Assembly (NCBI GenBank): GCA_963777605.1
Contig: CAVZRV010000028.1
Span: forward strand, 160,001-224,000
Length of the DNA: 64,000 nucleotides
Source of the DNA: an uncultured Acidobacteriota bacterium
GTDB lineage: Bacteria; Acidobacteriota; UBA6911; RPQK01; JAPXNP01
Reading direction: 5' to 3'
Shown: positions 30,163 through 40,697 of the stretch, in pieces
Position numbering within the stretch: position 1 is the stretch's first letter
Layout: each line of letters opens with the position of its first letter
Made by a program: the position numbers and the translations under genes
Notes under the pieces: model-generated
Told to the model about the DNA's origin: nothing
What the model saw: only the letters and a program-made list of their open reading frames with translations
The model's database searches: none

Positions 30163-32451
30163 TCACGGGCGCGGTGACGAGGTCGAACTCGCGGCCAACG
30201 TCGTGGGTCTGTCCGGCTCTGCCTCCGGCCGTGCCTGCGCTGCCAGGTATTCGTCGATCCCTTGCTCGATCTTGCGGGGGAACTTGGGAGCCGGTCCCAC
30301 GAGCTGGTCGCGATAGACTCGGGACATGATTTCACGGAAGATCGGGAGCGCCGTGCGCCCACCGGTTTCTCTCGCGCCCAGCGTGCGGTTATCGTCGAAT
30401 CCAATCCGGACCGCCACGGTAATCCCCTCCGGTCCGTAAGTGGACCCCACGAACAGTGCGTCGCGGAAATCGCTCGTCGTTCCAGTCTTGCCCATCACCG
30501 GGACCGGGAATCCACGCCCGTCAAGACTGTGTGCCGTTCCGTCCGGCAGTCGGACCACGCCTCGCAGCCCCTCCTGGATCAGGCTCAGGGCGGCGGAGTT
30601 GATTGGCTGACCGGAAGGAGGGCCACTGTAAAGCAGCTCGCCAGAGGAGTCGCTCACGCTATCGATGACGTGGGGCTCGGCGAGGCACCCCGAAGCCATC
30701 GCGCGAAAGGCGTCCGCCAGCTCGAGCAAGCGCACTTCAGACGCGCCCAAAGCCGTTGCGATGTTGGGCTTGAGGGGGGTGCGTATTCCAAGCTCTTTCG
30801 CGGTCCTTAGCACCGCTCGCAGGCCGATTTCGCGAGTGATCCATACCGCAACCGTGTTGCGGGACTCAGCCAGTGCCTGGCGGATCGGCATCGAACCTTT
30901 GAACTGATTATCGTAGTTGCTGATCCACTTGCTATCCTGGTCGGCCCCCATGGGCACCTCGATGGGCTCGTCCGGCACGGTTGTCGTAAGGTCCAGTCCG
31001 CTCTCGAACGCGGCCAGGTAAACCAATGGTTTCAGTGCCGAGCCCGGCTGGCGCAGCGAGTCGGTGACACGGTTGTAGTCGGAATAGAGTGTATTCCTCG
31101 CTTCATAGAACTGCCGTCCGCCGGCCTCGGCCAGGATTCCCGCATCGGCGTTACGCAACACCACCACAGATCCCTGGACCAACCCCTTGGACTTGGAATG
31201 CCGGTGCTCGTAGAGAGCGAGGCCGTTTTCGAGAGCTTCGTTCACGATCGTCTGGACCCGCCCGTCCAGCGTCGACCGGACCGAGATTCGACCCTGGATG
31301 AGGTCATCAAACCCGAAACTGGATCCGCCGTGGAGTTTCAGCTCGCTGAGGACGCCGTTGATTGCAGCGGGGGCCTGGGTCTTGATCCGGCTGTGGGCCA
31401 CCACGCGGATCGGCTCGGCCTGGCAGCGTTTCGCGAGTTCCCTGGTGATGTAGCCGTTGCGCACCATCAAATCCAGAATTTGGTTCCGGCGACGCAGGGG
31501 CCTCGGGTCACCGGGAACCGGGGCATAGTCCTGGGGTGACTTCGAGATCCCCGCCAGCAGGGCAGCCTCTCCCGCGTCCTCCTGCGTATAGCTCGCGAGG
31601 GGTTTGCCAAAATAGTAGTCGGAGGCGGCAGCGTAGCCATAGCGGCCGTTGCCGAGGTAAAAGAAGCTGGCCGAGCGGGCGAAAATCTCGCGCTTGGCTT
31701 GTTCCTGAGATCCAAAGTGCCGGCGCATCTCTTCCTCCAGCCAGAGTGCAAGGCGCACCTCCTCCAGCTTGCGGAAGAGCTTGTTCGTGGCAGGTGCGCC
31801 GAGAAACAACGAGAAGAACCGTGGAGCCAGCCGTCTGCTGAAGAGGCTGGTGCCGGTCTCACGGCTTGTCAAGGCTTGCAGGAAGTAGCCGCGCACGAGT
31901 TGCTGCGTCAGCGTCGAGCCCCCTTGGGGAAGTCGCAGCCGGAACCCGGCGTCTCCCTTCCACCACCCGGTCACAGACCTCACCACCGTTTTCTCGATCA
32001 CACGTGGCAGAGCCCGGTATTCCACGCCGGAATGAGAGAAGAAATTCTTGTCCTCGGCAGACAGGATCGCCTGACGCAGGATGACGGGCACGTCATCGTA
32101 AGAGACAACCTTGCGGTACTCCCCCGCCAGTTCGATCAGCACCTTGCCCTGCGCGTCATAGATTCTGCCGGTTGTAGGAGGCTCGAATCGGATGAAGGGC
32201 TCGAGGTCCGGGAGGGCGGTTCGATCGAAGTAGACGTAATGGATGAGTGCGCCCGGCAGGATGAGCAGGAGCAGCGCCAGGGAGGAGGCTGCAAGGAGCA
32301 GTACACGGCGCGACCAGGTGCGTGGCACGAGACGCACTATGAGGGCGCCCGCAGATCGAAGTCGGGAAGTGATTCGTGGCAACGCTCTGAAGGGGCCCTC
32401 CACGGGATCATCCGCCTCGGGGGGGGCATGGGTCATGGGACTCGTGGGCAT
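30163..32451 (-). CDS. Class A penicillin-binding protein (transglycosylase/transpeptidase)
   Basis: EDKNFFSH, GGSTLTQQL, RKLEE; SALK, SRN, KTG motifs; start uncertain. Confidence 0.9.
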   Translation of the reverse strand: MPTSPMTHAPPEADDPVEGPFRALPRITSRLRSAGALIVRLVPRTWSRRVLLLAASSLALLLLILPGALIHYVYFDRTALPDLEPFIRFEPPTTGRIYDAQGKVLIELAGEYRKVVSYDDVPVILRQAILSAEDKNFFSHSGVEYRALPRVIEKTVVRSVTGWWKGDAGFRLRLPQGGSTLTQQLVRGYFLQALTSRETGTSLFSRRLAPRFFSLFLGAPATNKLFRKLEEVRLALWLEEEMRRHFGSQEQAKREIFARSASFFYLGNGRYGYAAASDYYFGKPLASYTQEDAGEAALLAGISKSPQDYAPVPGDPRPLRRRNQILDLMVRNGYITRELAKRCQAEPIRVVAHSRIKTQAPAAINGVLSELKLHGGSSFGFDDLIQGRISVRSTLDGRVQTIVNEALENGLALYEHRHSKSKGLVQGSVVVLRNADAGILAEAGGRQFYEARNTLYSDYNRVTDSLRQPGSALKPLVYLAAFESGLDLTTTVPDEPIEVPMGADQDSKWISNYDNQFKGSMPIRQALAESRNTVAVWITREIGLRAVLRTAKELGIRTPLKPNIATALGASEVRLLELADAFRAMASGCLAEPHVIDSVSDSSGELLYSGPPSGQPINSAALSLIQEGLRGVVRLPDGTAHSLDGRGFPVPVMGKTGTTSDFRDALFVGSTYGPEGITVAVRIGFDDNRTLGARETGGRTALPIFREIMSRVYRDQLVGPAPKFPRKIEQGIDEYLAAQARPEAEPDRPTTLAASSTSSPRP

Positions 32452-32490
32452 AATCGCGGTCTTTCGGAAGTGTGGTGCCCACTGCGGGGA

Positions 32491-32516
32491 GTGGAGCACG
32501 GTGAACCGTGCTCCAC
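32491..32516. terminator. Perfect 11-bp-stem hairpin between the OmpA-family gene and the PBP gene
   Basis: GTGGAGCACGG-TGAA-CCGTGCTCCAC; no U tract. Confidence 0.45.
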
Positions 32517-32571
32517 CTCCATCAGTGCAACGGTCAGAACGTTTTGCAGACCAGAATGAGTGCACCGTTCA

Positions 32572-34155
32572 TTATTGAGATCCACCTGAAAGAGTGGTCT
32601 GGGTGCCGATGAGTTCGCCGGATACAATGAGTTCGACCCGGCGGTTGCTCTGCCGGCCTGCGGCGGTGTTATTCGTGGCCAGGGGTCGGGACTTGCCGAA
32701 CCCTACCGCCGGAGCCAGGCTCATCTGCGGAATTCCCTGTTCAATGAGGTAGTCCCGCACCGATCTGGCTCGCTGTTCGGAGAGGTGCTGGTTGTACGAC
32801 TCACCACCGACACTATCGGTGTGGCCTTCCACCTCCAGATTCAAGCCCGGGTGCCCCAGCAGGATTCCGGCCACTTTGGCCAACCCTTCGCGGGCTCCCG
32901 GCCGCAGATTGAACTGGGCGGTGTCGAAGAGAATATCCGACATATTAACGATCAGGCCGCGGGCGGTATCGCGAGTTTCGAGAACCGAGTTGAATTGGCT
33001 CAATAACTGAGCACGCAGGTCCGCTTGCTCCGTCTCCGCTTTCATCCGCATGAGGTCGGCTTCCCGGGCTGTCTGATCGGCCGCAGCCTGGGCGGCAACT
33101 CGCGCTGCCTCTGCCTCGAGTTTGATCTTTTCGGTTGCAGCCTGAGCAGCGTTCCGTTCCATTTCGGCATTCGCCCTTTGCTCGGCCTCGCTCCGCAGGT
33201 CGCTTTCAGCTTGCGCCCTCAGGCGCGCCTCGGCCTCGGTCTTTTCTTTGGCTAACGCTTCACGGTCCGCGCCCGCCTGTCGCTCGCTCGCGAGCCGTTC
33301 TTCCTCCTGACGCTGCACCGCGATGGCCCTGGAATCCTCCGCGGTCTGCACGGCTACACGCGCCGCCCTCGATACCATTTTGTGCCCCGCTTTGCTGCCC
33401 TGGTAAATCTCGGCTTGACTCAAGCTGGATTGGGCCTTGGAGAAGGTGTCGGAGGCGAACTGCTCCGCGCCGGCGGCGCGAGCGATCTGGACGGCGTTGC
33501 GTGCCTCGTAGAGTTCCAGCGGTATCTTCGGATCGCTTCTCAGAGCCAAAGGATTCGCCAAAGCCTCATACTGACCGGACTCCAGCAATTCGAACTTGGC
33601 GTCCATCGCCTCGATCTTGCCCTTGGTGTCCGAGCGCACAGCGTTTTCCATTACGACCAGATTGCTTGGCATGGTGACCGCGAAATAGGGTTCCGCCGTC
33701 ACTGCAAGACCGAAGACCTGCAGTTCCGTGGTCACGTCCAGCTTGCTCTTGGTTCCGTCCAGAAGGACCTCGCCCAGGTTGGATGTCCGGCCTTCGGGAG
33801 TGATCGCCCAGAGCACATAGGTGAGGTATTCAGCTCCATACCTGGTCGCCGGTTGCATATCATCGAATTCCACTTCGATCTCGATGTAGCCTTTCTTGCT
33901 TTCGACTTTTGCTTCGCCACGGGATCCCGGCTGGAGATCGGTTCCCCGGAAATCAACCTTTGTGGCGCCGCTACGGTGTTGATAATTGATCGCCTTCATC
34001 GTCCGCTCTACAACAATGACTCTATAAACGGGTGTCGAACTCTCGGTTTGGCTTTGAACCGATGAGTGTGTTGAATTCGCAGCCAGCGACACCTGCGCGG
34101 ACAGCAGCCCGGCGGCCAATCCGCATAAGGCCAATAACGTGCTCGGCTTTCTCAT
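32572..34155 (-). CDS. OmpA-family protein with coiled-coil linker
   Basis: Signal peptide; Ala/Glu/Arg-rich helix; ILFDT, VEGHTDS, NQHLSEQRA, NRRVE. Confidence 0.92.
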   Translation of the reverse strand: MRKPSTLLALCGLAAGLLSAQVSLAANSTHSSVQSQTESSTPVYRVIVVERTMKAINYQHRSGATKVDFRGTDLQPGSRGEAKVESKKGYIEIEVEFDDMQPATRYGAEYLTYVLWAITPEGRTSNLGEVLLDGTKSKLDVTTELQVFGLAVTAEPYFAVTMPSNLVVMENAVRSDTKGKIEAMDAKFELLESGQYEALANPLALRSDPKIPLELYEARNAVQIARAAGAEQFASDTFSKAQSSLSQAEIYQGSKAGHKMVSRAARVAVQTAEDSRAIAVQRQEEERLASERQAGADREALAKEKTEAEARLRAQAESDLRSEAEQRANAEMERNAAQAATEKIKLEAEAARVAAQAAADQTAREADLMRMKAETEQADLRAQLLSQFNSVLETRDTARGLIVNMSDILFDTAQFNLRPGAREGLAKVAGILLGHPGLNLEVEGHTDSVGGESYNQHLSEQRARSVRDYLIEQGIPQMSLAPAVGFGKSRPLATNNTAAGRQSNRRVELIVSGELIGTQTTLSGGSQ

Positions 34156-34225
34156 TTCTCACATCCTTTTTTCTGAAGCAATTTGATGGGTACGAGTGTG
34201 GTTATACGTTGAGTGCCGGTGGCGC

Positions 34226-34266
34226 GTCAGTTCAGTACGGCTCAGGAGGACGGTCAAGTTTGCTCA
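34226..34266 (-). promoter_or_regulatory. Tandem CRP-like motif, copy 4 (OmpA side of a divergent pair)
   Basis: Minus strand TGAGCaaactTGACCgtcctccTGAGCcgtacTGAACTGAC; CTGACG-N18-TATAAC. Confidence 0.85.
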
Positions 34267-34293
34267 CCCCGCTCGTCGCGCTCAAGGATGGAC

Positions 34294-34334
34294 TGAGCTC
34301 TATTGACCGGATCTCTGAGCGTTACTGAACAGAC
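34294..34334 (+). promoter_or_regulatory. Tandem CRP-like motif, copy 5 (sortase-cluster side)
   Basis: TGAGCtctatTGACCggatctcTGAGCgttacTGAACAGAC; CAGACA-N17-GAGAAT. Confidence 0.85.
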
Positions 34335-34474
34335 ACGCGGCCGCCCCCAGGGGAGAATGCCTCTAAGGATCAGCAAGCGATGGCTGAACGCTCCTGCAGC
34401 AGATAGACAAGAATTGAACTGCGACGGACCGGATTCATCCAAACACGATCCCCACTTAACAAGGAAGGTCTTAA

Positions 34475-35215
34475 ATGAATCAATCGAAGCTTAAGTTAAC
34501 TGTGTTTATTTTCTGTATAGCCGTGGCGGTCCTGGCGTTTCCCCCCCGGGTGAACGCCGACGCCTGGAACAAGAAGACGACCGTGACATTCAATGTGCCG
34601 GTCGAGATTCCAGGTGTAGGAGCCCAGGTTCTGCCCGCCGGCACGTACGTATTCAAGATTTTGGATGCGCAGGCGAACCGCAACATCGTCCAGATTTCCA
34701 ACGAGCGGGGCGACCACATTTTCGCAACTATCCTCGCGGTACCGAATTACCGATTGAAGCCTGCGGACAAGACCGTGATCACGTTCAGGGAACGGGCGGC
34801 CGGTGAGCCGGAGGCGCTCCGGGCGTGGTTCTATCCGGGGAACAGCTGGGGACAGGAATTTGTATACCCGAAGGAGAGAGCCATCGCGCTGGCAAAGGCC
34901 ACCGACTTCCCGGTTCTTGCCATGCCTACCGAACTGGCAACGAACCTCACCATGCCCGTGATGGAAGTGACCGAGCCGGCGGTGGTCGCGCTCAAGCAGG
35001 CCCCGATCGAGGCCGTTCAGCCCACAGGAGAAGTGGTGCCCTTAGCTGAGGTCGTTGAGGCCCCGCCGATGCAGGTAGCATCTGTGCAGACCCCAACTTA
35101 TGACGAGCGCCTGCCCCAGACGGCCAGCCTGCTCCCGATCATGGGACTGGTTGGCTTGATGGCGCTGATCGCAGGCTTCGCGCTTTGGATACTTCCAATT
35201 CGACGGGTTTCGTAA
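34475..35215 (+). CDS. Secreted protein with C-terminal LPXTA sorting signal
   Basis: Signal peptide; LPQTA, then hydrophobic helix and RR tail. Confidence 0.85.
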   Translation: MNQSKLKLTVFIFCIAVAVLAFPPRVNADAWNKKTTVTFNVPVEIPGVGAQVLPAGTYVFKILDAQANRNIVQISNERGDHIFATILAVPNYRLKPADKTVITFRERAAGEPEALRAWFYPGNSWGQEFVYPKERAIALAKATDFPVLAMPTELATNLTMPVMEVTEPAVVALKQAPIEAVQPTGEVVPLAEVVEAPPMQVASVQTPTYDERLPQTASLLPIMGLVGLMALIAGFALWILPIRRVS

Positions 35216-35461
35216 ATCTACTGAAGGGGGGAAGGGTCGGTACCCGTTGCTGATTAATGAGTCCCGCATCCCCCACGGGAAGGCTCTGACAAATGGGGCG
35301 CAGGGGAGCTTCCGCTGCGCCCGTCAGGGCCGAGGAATCCCCTAACCGCCCTCGCGGGACTTGCGGGCACTTGCTCTGATTTCATCGGCAAAGTATCCAA
35401 ATTGTGACGAACGAATCCAGCTGGGACTCGGGTGCCGCAAAGCTAGAAGGAGTTCAGGATC

Positions 35462-36496
35462 GTGTGGACCACGAACGTAGCAGGTACCCGAGTTTGCTCC
35501 TTCGTGGAGCGTGTCTTTCCGATCCTGTTGCCGGGCGTCCTGGGTCTCCTGGTACTTTCGCCATGCCTTGCCGGATCTCAGGAAGCCCCGCCGTCACGGA
35601 GCCGCCGGAGTGACCCTTACACGATCAGTGTAAAGGTGGACATGGTGGCTCTACACCCAACCGTACGGAACCGCAAAGGCATTCTGGTTTCGGGGCTCGG
35701 CAAAGAAGACTTTCAGGTTTGCGAGGACGGAGTCCCCCAGGAAATCATCTATTTCAGCCAGGAAGATGTCCCGGTCACGGTCGGACTGGTGGTCGACAAC
35801 AGCGGCAGCATGAGGCCGAAGCGGGCTGAAGTGATTGCCGCTGCCCTGGCTTTTGCCAACTCCAGCAACCCGGACGACCAGATGTTCGCGGTGAGTTTCA
35901 ATGAGATTGTTTCGTTTGGCCTTCCACCGGATATGCCGTTCACCGACAAAGGGGCTGTATTGGAAGCGGCCCTCTCCCGGATTGACTCAGACGGCAGGAC
36001 CGCGCTCTACGATGCTGTCGTTGCCGCGCTCGAGCAGCTCAAGAAGGGGAACCGGGACAAGAAAGTGCTCCTTGTCGTCAGCGATGGAGGCGACAACGCC
36101 AGTCAGCACAGCCGGGACCAGGTGATGGCCATGGCCGGGCAGCCCGACACAATCATATACACCATCGGCCTCTTTGATGAGGAGGATCCTGACCGGAACC
36201 CCGGCTTTCTCCGGCGACTTGCAGAGGCCACGGGCGGCGAGTCCTTCCTGCCGAGATCTCTGGCCTGGGTGACCCCGATCTGTGAACGCATCGCCCGCGA
36301 TATTCGCAGCCAATACACTCTTGTTTATGTTCCTTCGAACCGGAAACAGGATGGGACCTATCGAAAGATTCGCGTAAGGGCCCGGACCCGGGATGGAGGC
36401 CGGTTATCGGTCCGCACCCGAACCGGCTACTACGCACCTTTGAAACCTCAACCCTTGTCAGGCGGCGGAGAAATTGACCATGAAAACCCGAATTGA
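35462..36496 (+). CDS. VWA-domain protein (acidobacterial VWFA-related type)
   Basis: MIDAS DNSGS, TALYDA, VVSDGGDN, TGGESF, SQYTLVY; start uncertain. Confidence 0.88.
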   Translation: MWTTNVAGTRVCSFVERVFPILLPGVLGLLVLSPCLAGSQEAPPSRSRRSDPYTISVKVDMVALHPTVRNRKGILVSGLGKEDFQVCEDGVPQEIIYFSQEDVPVTVGLVVDNSGSMRPKRAEVIAAALAFANSSNPDDQMFAVSFNEIVSFGLPPDMPFTDKGAVLEAALSRIDSDGRTALYDAVVAALEQLKKGNRDKKVLLVVSDGGDNASQHSRDQVMAMAGQPDTIIYTIGLFDEEDPDRNPGFLRRLAEATGGESFLPRSLAWVTPICERIARDIRSQYTLVYVPSNRKQDGTYRKIRVRARTRDGGRLSVRTRTGYYAPLKPQPLSGGGEIDHENPN

Positions 36497-37169
36497 CCGG
36501 CAGCCATTTCCTTCGCCGCGAACCAGGTCCCATCTGGAATGGGCCCGGAACTTCCTTTTGCTCACCGGGGTCCTCGCGTTGAGCTACGTCGGCTTCGCGC
36601 TGCTCGAAGCCAAGGCTTATCAGTCTTACGCAACCCGGCGATTCGACGAGGCACGACAGTCGATGAGGACGCCGGCAGACATTCACGAGTCCCTGAACGC
36701 GCCCGTTTCCACTTCGTCCGGCGGCACGGAGGTGAGCCTTTGGGAGGCTGAGAGTCGTGGCATCGCTGCTTCCCCCGGCGTTCCGTTGGGACGAATCGAG
36801 ATCAACGCAATTGGACTCTCAGTAATGATTCTGGAAGGGACCGACGCTCGGACCTTGGGGCTGTCGGTTGGTCATATTCCAGGGACTTCAATGCCGGGTG
36901 AAGCGGGAAACGTGGCCATCGCAGGACACCGGGACACGTTCTTCAGACCACTGCGAAGGATCAGGCAGAATGATGAAATCACCTTGACGACCCTGAAGGG
37001 ATCCTACCTCTATCGGGTGGATTCTACCCGGGTGGTCGAACCGGAGGACACTTACGTGCTGGATGCCTCCGATGAGGCGATTCTGACTTTGGTGACCTGT
37101 TACCCTTTTGATTTTGTAGGATCCGCCCCCGAGAGATTTATCGTGCGCGCGCACAGAATCATTGAGTGA
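36480..37169 (+). CDS. Class D sortase
   Basis: N-terminal TM; GNVAIAGHRDTFF, LTLVTCYPF, RFIVRA (His/Cys/Arg triad). Confidence 0.92.
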   Translation: MKTRIDRQPFPSPRTRSHLEWARNFLLLTGVLALSYVGFALLEAKAYQSYATRRFDEARQSMRTPADIHESLNAPVSTSSGGTEVSLWEAESRGIAASPGVPLGRIEINAIGLSVMILEGTDARTLGLSVGHIPGTSMPGEAGNVAIAGHRDTFFRPLRRIRQNDEITLTTLKGSYLYRVDSTRVVEPEDTYVLDASDEAILTLVTCYPFDFVGSAPERFIVRAHRIIE

Positions 37170-37206
37170 GGCAGAACTTAAGTGTCAGAGTTTGACGAGC
37201 CCGCGA

Positions 37207-37235
37207 TTGACAGCGGAGAGAGTATTGGGTACACT
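37207..37235 (+). promoter_or_regulatory. Near-consensus sigma70 promoter of the Crp/Fnr gene
   Basis: TTGACA-N17-TACACT. Confidence 0.6.
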
Positions 37236-37353
37236 TTACATGCATTTCAACCAAACGCGATCGGTAAACCCGCGCAGAACAGACTAAGCCCGCTCAATTC
37301 GGAAGTTTTCCTGTACCGGCCCTCCCGGTTGGCGTTATCAACGGGAGTTACAA

Positions 37354-38010
37354 GTGGCGAATATGCGATGCCCTGTTGTCGATTGGTCAGTATCCCTTTC
37401 CGGCATCCCCGAGTTAAGAGTTCTCGAATACGGCGCGAGCCGCACGGTTTATTGGGAAGGAGACTCGGCGGATTCGGTGCTCTTTCTCCAGCGCGGCAAA
37501 TTGAAGCTGTCAGTTACTTCGAAGCAGGGCAAAGAGGCCATTATTGCGATACTGGACGACGGTGACTTCTTTGGCGAGGGTTGCCTCATTGGTCAACCCC
37601 TGCGCATGGCGACGGCGACCGCACTCACCGATTGCAGCCTGATCCGGCTGGAGAAGAGCCTGATGCAGCGGCTTCTCCACGAGAAGCACGAGATCTCTGA
37701 AATATTCGTGTCCCATCTGCTGTCCCGCAATATCCGGTATGAAGCGGACCTCGTTGATCAACTCTTCAACTCGAGCGAGAAGCGCCTGGCCCGGATCCTG
37801 TTATTGCTGTCCCATTTCGGAAAAGAGAGCAAGACTGAGCCCGTCCTTCCCAGGATCAGCCAGGAGGATCTGGCCGAAATGGTCGGCACGACCCGCTCGA
37901 GGGTCAGTCATTTCATGAACAAGTTCAGGAAGTTGGGCTTTATCGACTATGGCGACGAAGGAGGCCTGTCGGTCAATAGCGGCCTCCTGGGCGTGGTTCT
38001 TCACGATTAG
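37354..38010 (+). CDS. Crp/Fnr-family transcriptional regulator
   Basis: cNMP-binding fold GDFFGEGCL; SEKRLARILL; HTH ISQEDLAEMVGTTRSRVSHFM. Confidence 0.93.
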   Translation: MANMRCPVVDWSVSLSGIPELRVLEYGASRTVYWEGDSADSVLFLQRGKLKLSVTSKQGKEAIIAILDDGDFFGEGCLIGQPLRMATATALTDCSLIRLEKSLMQRLLHEKHEISEIFVSHLLSRNIRYEADLVDQLFNSSEKRLARILLLLSHFGKESKTEPVLPRISQEDLAEMVGTTRSRVSHFMNKFRKLGFIDYGDEGGLSVNSGLLGVVLHD

Positions 38011-38030
38011 AGCAGCCCCCGCGCTCCCCG

Positions 38031-38381
38031 CGGATCATTCAGAGAGTGAAACTGGACTTGGCGCTGGCGCCTTGGTTTCAGCCCAGGGCTTGCCCTGGGT
38101 CTGTGGTCCGGCACCTCGATTGCGGCCTGTAAGGTCGCGCCCCGGATTCACCTCGCCCGAAGAGGTGTTCAGCCCTTTCAGGGCTGGATTCTTGATGGGT
38201 GGGGTGGGCCGTGAACCCAGGCAAATGCCTGGGCTATAAACAGGACCCTTCAGGGGCCGGCCCGACGCCGGACCATTCAGAGCGTGAAACTGCCCCTGGC
38301 GCCGATCCTGTGATCCTCACTCATCCACGTCTGGCACCGGACCAGGAACCAGGATCCAGCCGATAATCGCGTCCCTGGCTC
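38031..38381 (-). repeat. Modular REP-like repeat, locus 2 (partial S1 plus R halves)
   Basis: Reverse complement of about 29699-30011, with an extra R half at 38266-38292. Confidence 0.85.
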
Positions 38382-40137
38382 GCCGCCCATTCGTCCATCG
38401 TCGTCGTGGAACGCAGAATCTTTTCCCCGAAACGCAAAGATCTCTTGTTTTCAACAATAATACCCTTGGAGGCCTTTGCGACTTGGCGTTGCAATTCGAA
38501 GTCTCCAAATTGAACTTTCACGATTAGAGCAGCCTTACCTTCGGACCTGTGCCCTTTCTCCCGGTTCACTTGGCCGACGGACGTTTCTGCCGGGCTTGCT
38601 TGAAAGAATTCACCTTCCGCCCGTCCCGTGAAGAGACGGATGGTCCCTTCACGGAAGGTCCGACGATCCTGATTTTTCCACAAATCGGTCCGCAGAACGG
38701 TAAAACTGAAGCGCTGAGCGGTAAGCGGCGGATGTGTAAGCTTTTCGCGCCGCACGAAGGTTCAGCGCAGACACCTTCACCTGCTCGTTGTGATCCTGGA
38801 TCAGATTGAACCCGGCGTTCAGGCCGTTCACAACCTCGAACAATCGCAGATCGAGCTGCTCCAGATTCAGGCTTTCGAGCAGGAGTCGGCCAATCCCCAG
38901 TTGAATTTTCGGAAGATCGTCGGTTCCAATCAGCGTGTAAGCCGCCTGCTGCACGCTGTCATGCAGGAATGCACATTCGGTGTGGTCCTGATGATTTCCG
39001 CCAGGGCTGTCACAGTCGCCTTCATACATCGGGAGGAGTAACGTTCTCGCCAGATCGGAGAAAAGCAGCGCCCGGCACTCCGAGGGGTCCCGACCGCTGA
39101 CGATACCCATGGTGGCCAGATCAAACCGGTTGCCCAGGCAGGCCGCCAGAGAGAAGAGATCCCGGCTGTCACGGTCCAAAAGTCGAAGTTTCCGCATAAT
39201 CAACTCGGCCACGTTCTCAGGCAGGTCCGCTCCTCCGTTTCGATCGAGGGTCCATTGCCAGCAATTCCGGTCCTTGTCAAGCCAGATCAGCTTCGACTCG
39301 TAGAGGAAGCTGAGAAGTGCCCGCACAAACAGCGGATTTCCCTGGGTCCTGTCGTGGAGGATCACCGCGAGTTCTTCGGCACCTTCTACAGCCGGCTTCA
39401 GCGTTTCAATCACCATCTTCCGGACATCATCCAACCCGATATTCTTCGACCTTGAGCACTTCAACAGGAACAGCATGACTTCGAAGGCCCTTGACCAGGG
39501 ACCCCATTGGGTGGCCGGAACCCGCTTCGTCATCACGACAGGAGACGATCACCAGCAGATAGCGCAGCTCAGACCCGATCTGCAGTTGCCTGAGCAATTC
39601 AAATGAGGCGGCGTCAGCCCATTGCCAGTCATCAATCACCAGTACGAGGGGATGTTCCGGTCTGCAGATGACCCGGAGAAAGTCCTGGAACACCCCGGCG
39701 ATTCGGTGCCAGGATTCCCTCGGCTCGAGAAGTTCCAGAGGCGGCTGCAAACCAAGGAATGACTCAAATTCCGGGATCAGATCAAGCAGCACCTGGCCCC
39801 TGTTGCCAATGGCCAGGAGCGCATCAGCCTTGAATCGCAGGCGACGCTGTCTGCTCCCGGACTGCAACTCGCTGCACAGCTCTTTAAGAGCTTGTCGGAA
39901 TGCGGATAGAGGCACATTCAGATGATATTGATCAAACTTTCCGCTTATGAAGAATCCGTTTCTATCCAGGACTGGTCCCTGAAGCGCATGGATCAGAGCG
40001 GTCTTTCCCACCCCTGAAGCGCCGGAAACCAGCAACACTTCGCCGCAGCCACTGCAGATGCGATCAAATGATTCCAGCATTGCAATAGTCTCATGGCCAC
40101 GGCCGTAGAGTGTGTTTCGAATCGCTAACTGATCCAT
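38382..40137 (-). pseudogene. Decayed AAA-ATPase portion of a kinase/AAA/sensor-type multidomain protein
   Basis: LYGR, GASGVGKT, GKFDQY, LVIDDWQWAD, TQGNPLF, FLHDSVQQAAY across frameshifted ORFs; 3' end degenerate. Confidence 0.75.
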
Positions 40138-40259
40138 TATCGGTCTTCTTTAGTAAGCGGAAGCAGATTCATTCCGATCAGGCAGCCAGATTAGCTTGGC
40201 GAAAAATCTCCGGCGAAAGGCCGAACCTTCCGCCAGATCTACTTCGGGTAATCTGCCGG

Positions 40260-40463
40260 CTAATCGTCCAGAACGAAAGTGACTGCGATGTTCACCTGAT
40301 ACTCAACAATTTTGTCGGCTTCGAGACGCACGTGCTGCTCCTTAACCCACCCACTGCGCACATTGTGAAGCGTTTTGGTGGCCCGGGCCAGGGCCTGTTT
40401 GACCGCGTCCTCAAACCCGATTTTAGAAGTGGCGCTGATTTCCTCGACCTTTGCAATTGTCAT
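40260..40463 (-). CDS. Dodecin-family protein
   Basis: EISATS..GFEDAV..A..RA.KTL.NV...WVKEQ...YQVN..VTFVLD; AGGAGG RBS. Confidence 0.92.
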   Translation of the reverse strand: MTIAKVEEISATSKIGFEDAVKQALARATKTLHNVRSGWVKEQHVRLEADKIVEYQVNIAVTFVLDD

Positions 40464-40588
40464 TGAAGTCCTCCTGTTAAGCGTTTCAGCCTGAATCCCG
40501 GGCAGCGGAATTTTTCGAGGCCGGATACGCCCGGCTGCTCGCCCGGCAGCTCAACGCATTCCTATTTATAGCCCCGGCTCACGAGGGT

Positions 40589-40629
40589 GTCAGTTCAGGT
40601 TGGCTCATACGGTTGGTCAAAACTGCTCA
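40589..40629 (-). promoter_or_regulatory. Tandem CRP-like motif, copy 6
   Basis: Minus strand TGAGCagtttTGACCaaccgtaTGAGCcaaccTGAACTGAC; CTGACA-N17-TATAAA. Confidence 0.85.
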
Positions 40630-40697
40630 GGAGGCTGAGGATTCAATCGTCATGCCTGAGTTGCGTTCGTCACTGGCGAACTCGGGCCCAGGTCCAA

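Noticed and set aside
32521-32570. Possible 14th copy of the CRP-like motif upstream of the PBP gene
   Set aside because: Only TGCACTGAT matches; the 10/12/10 pentamer spacing is not met
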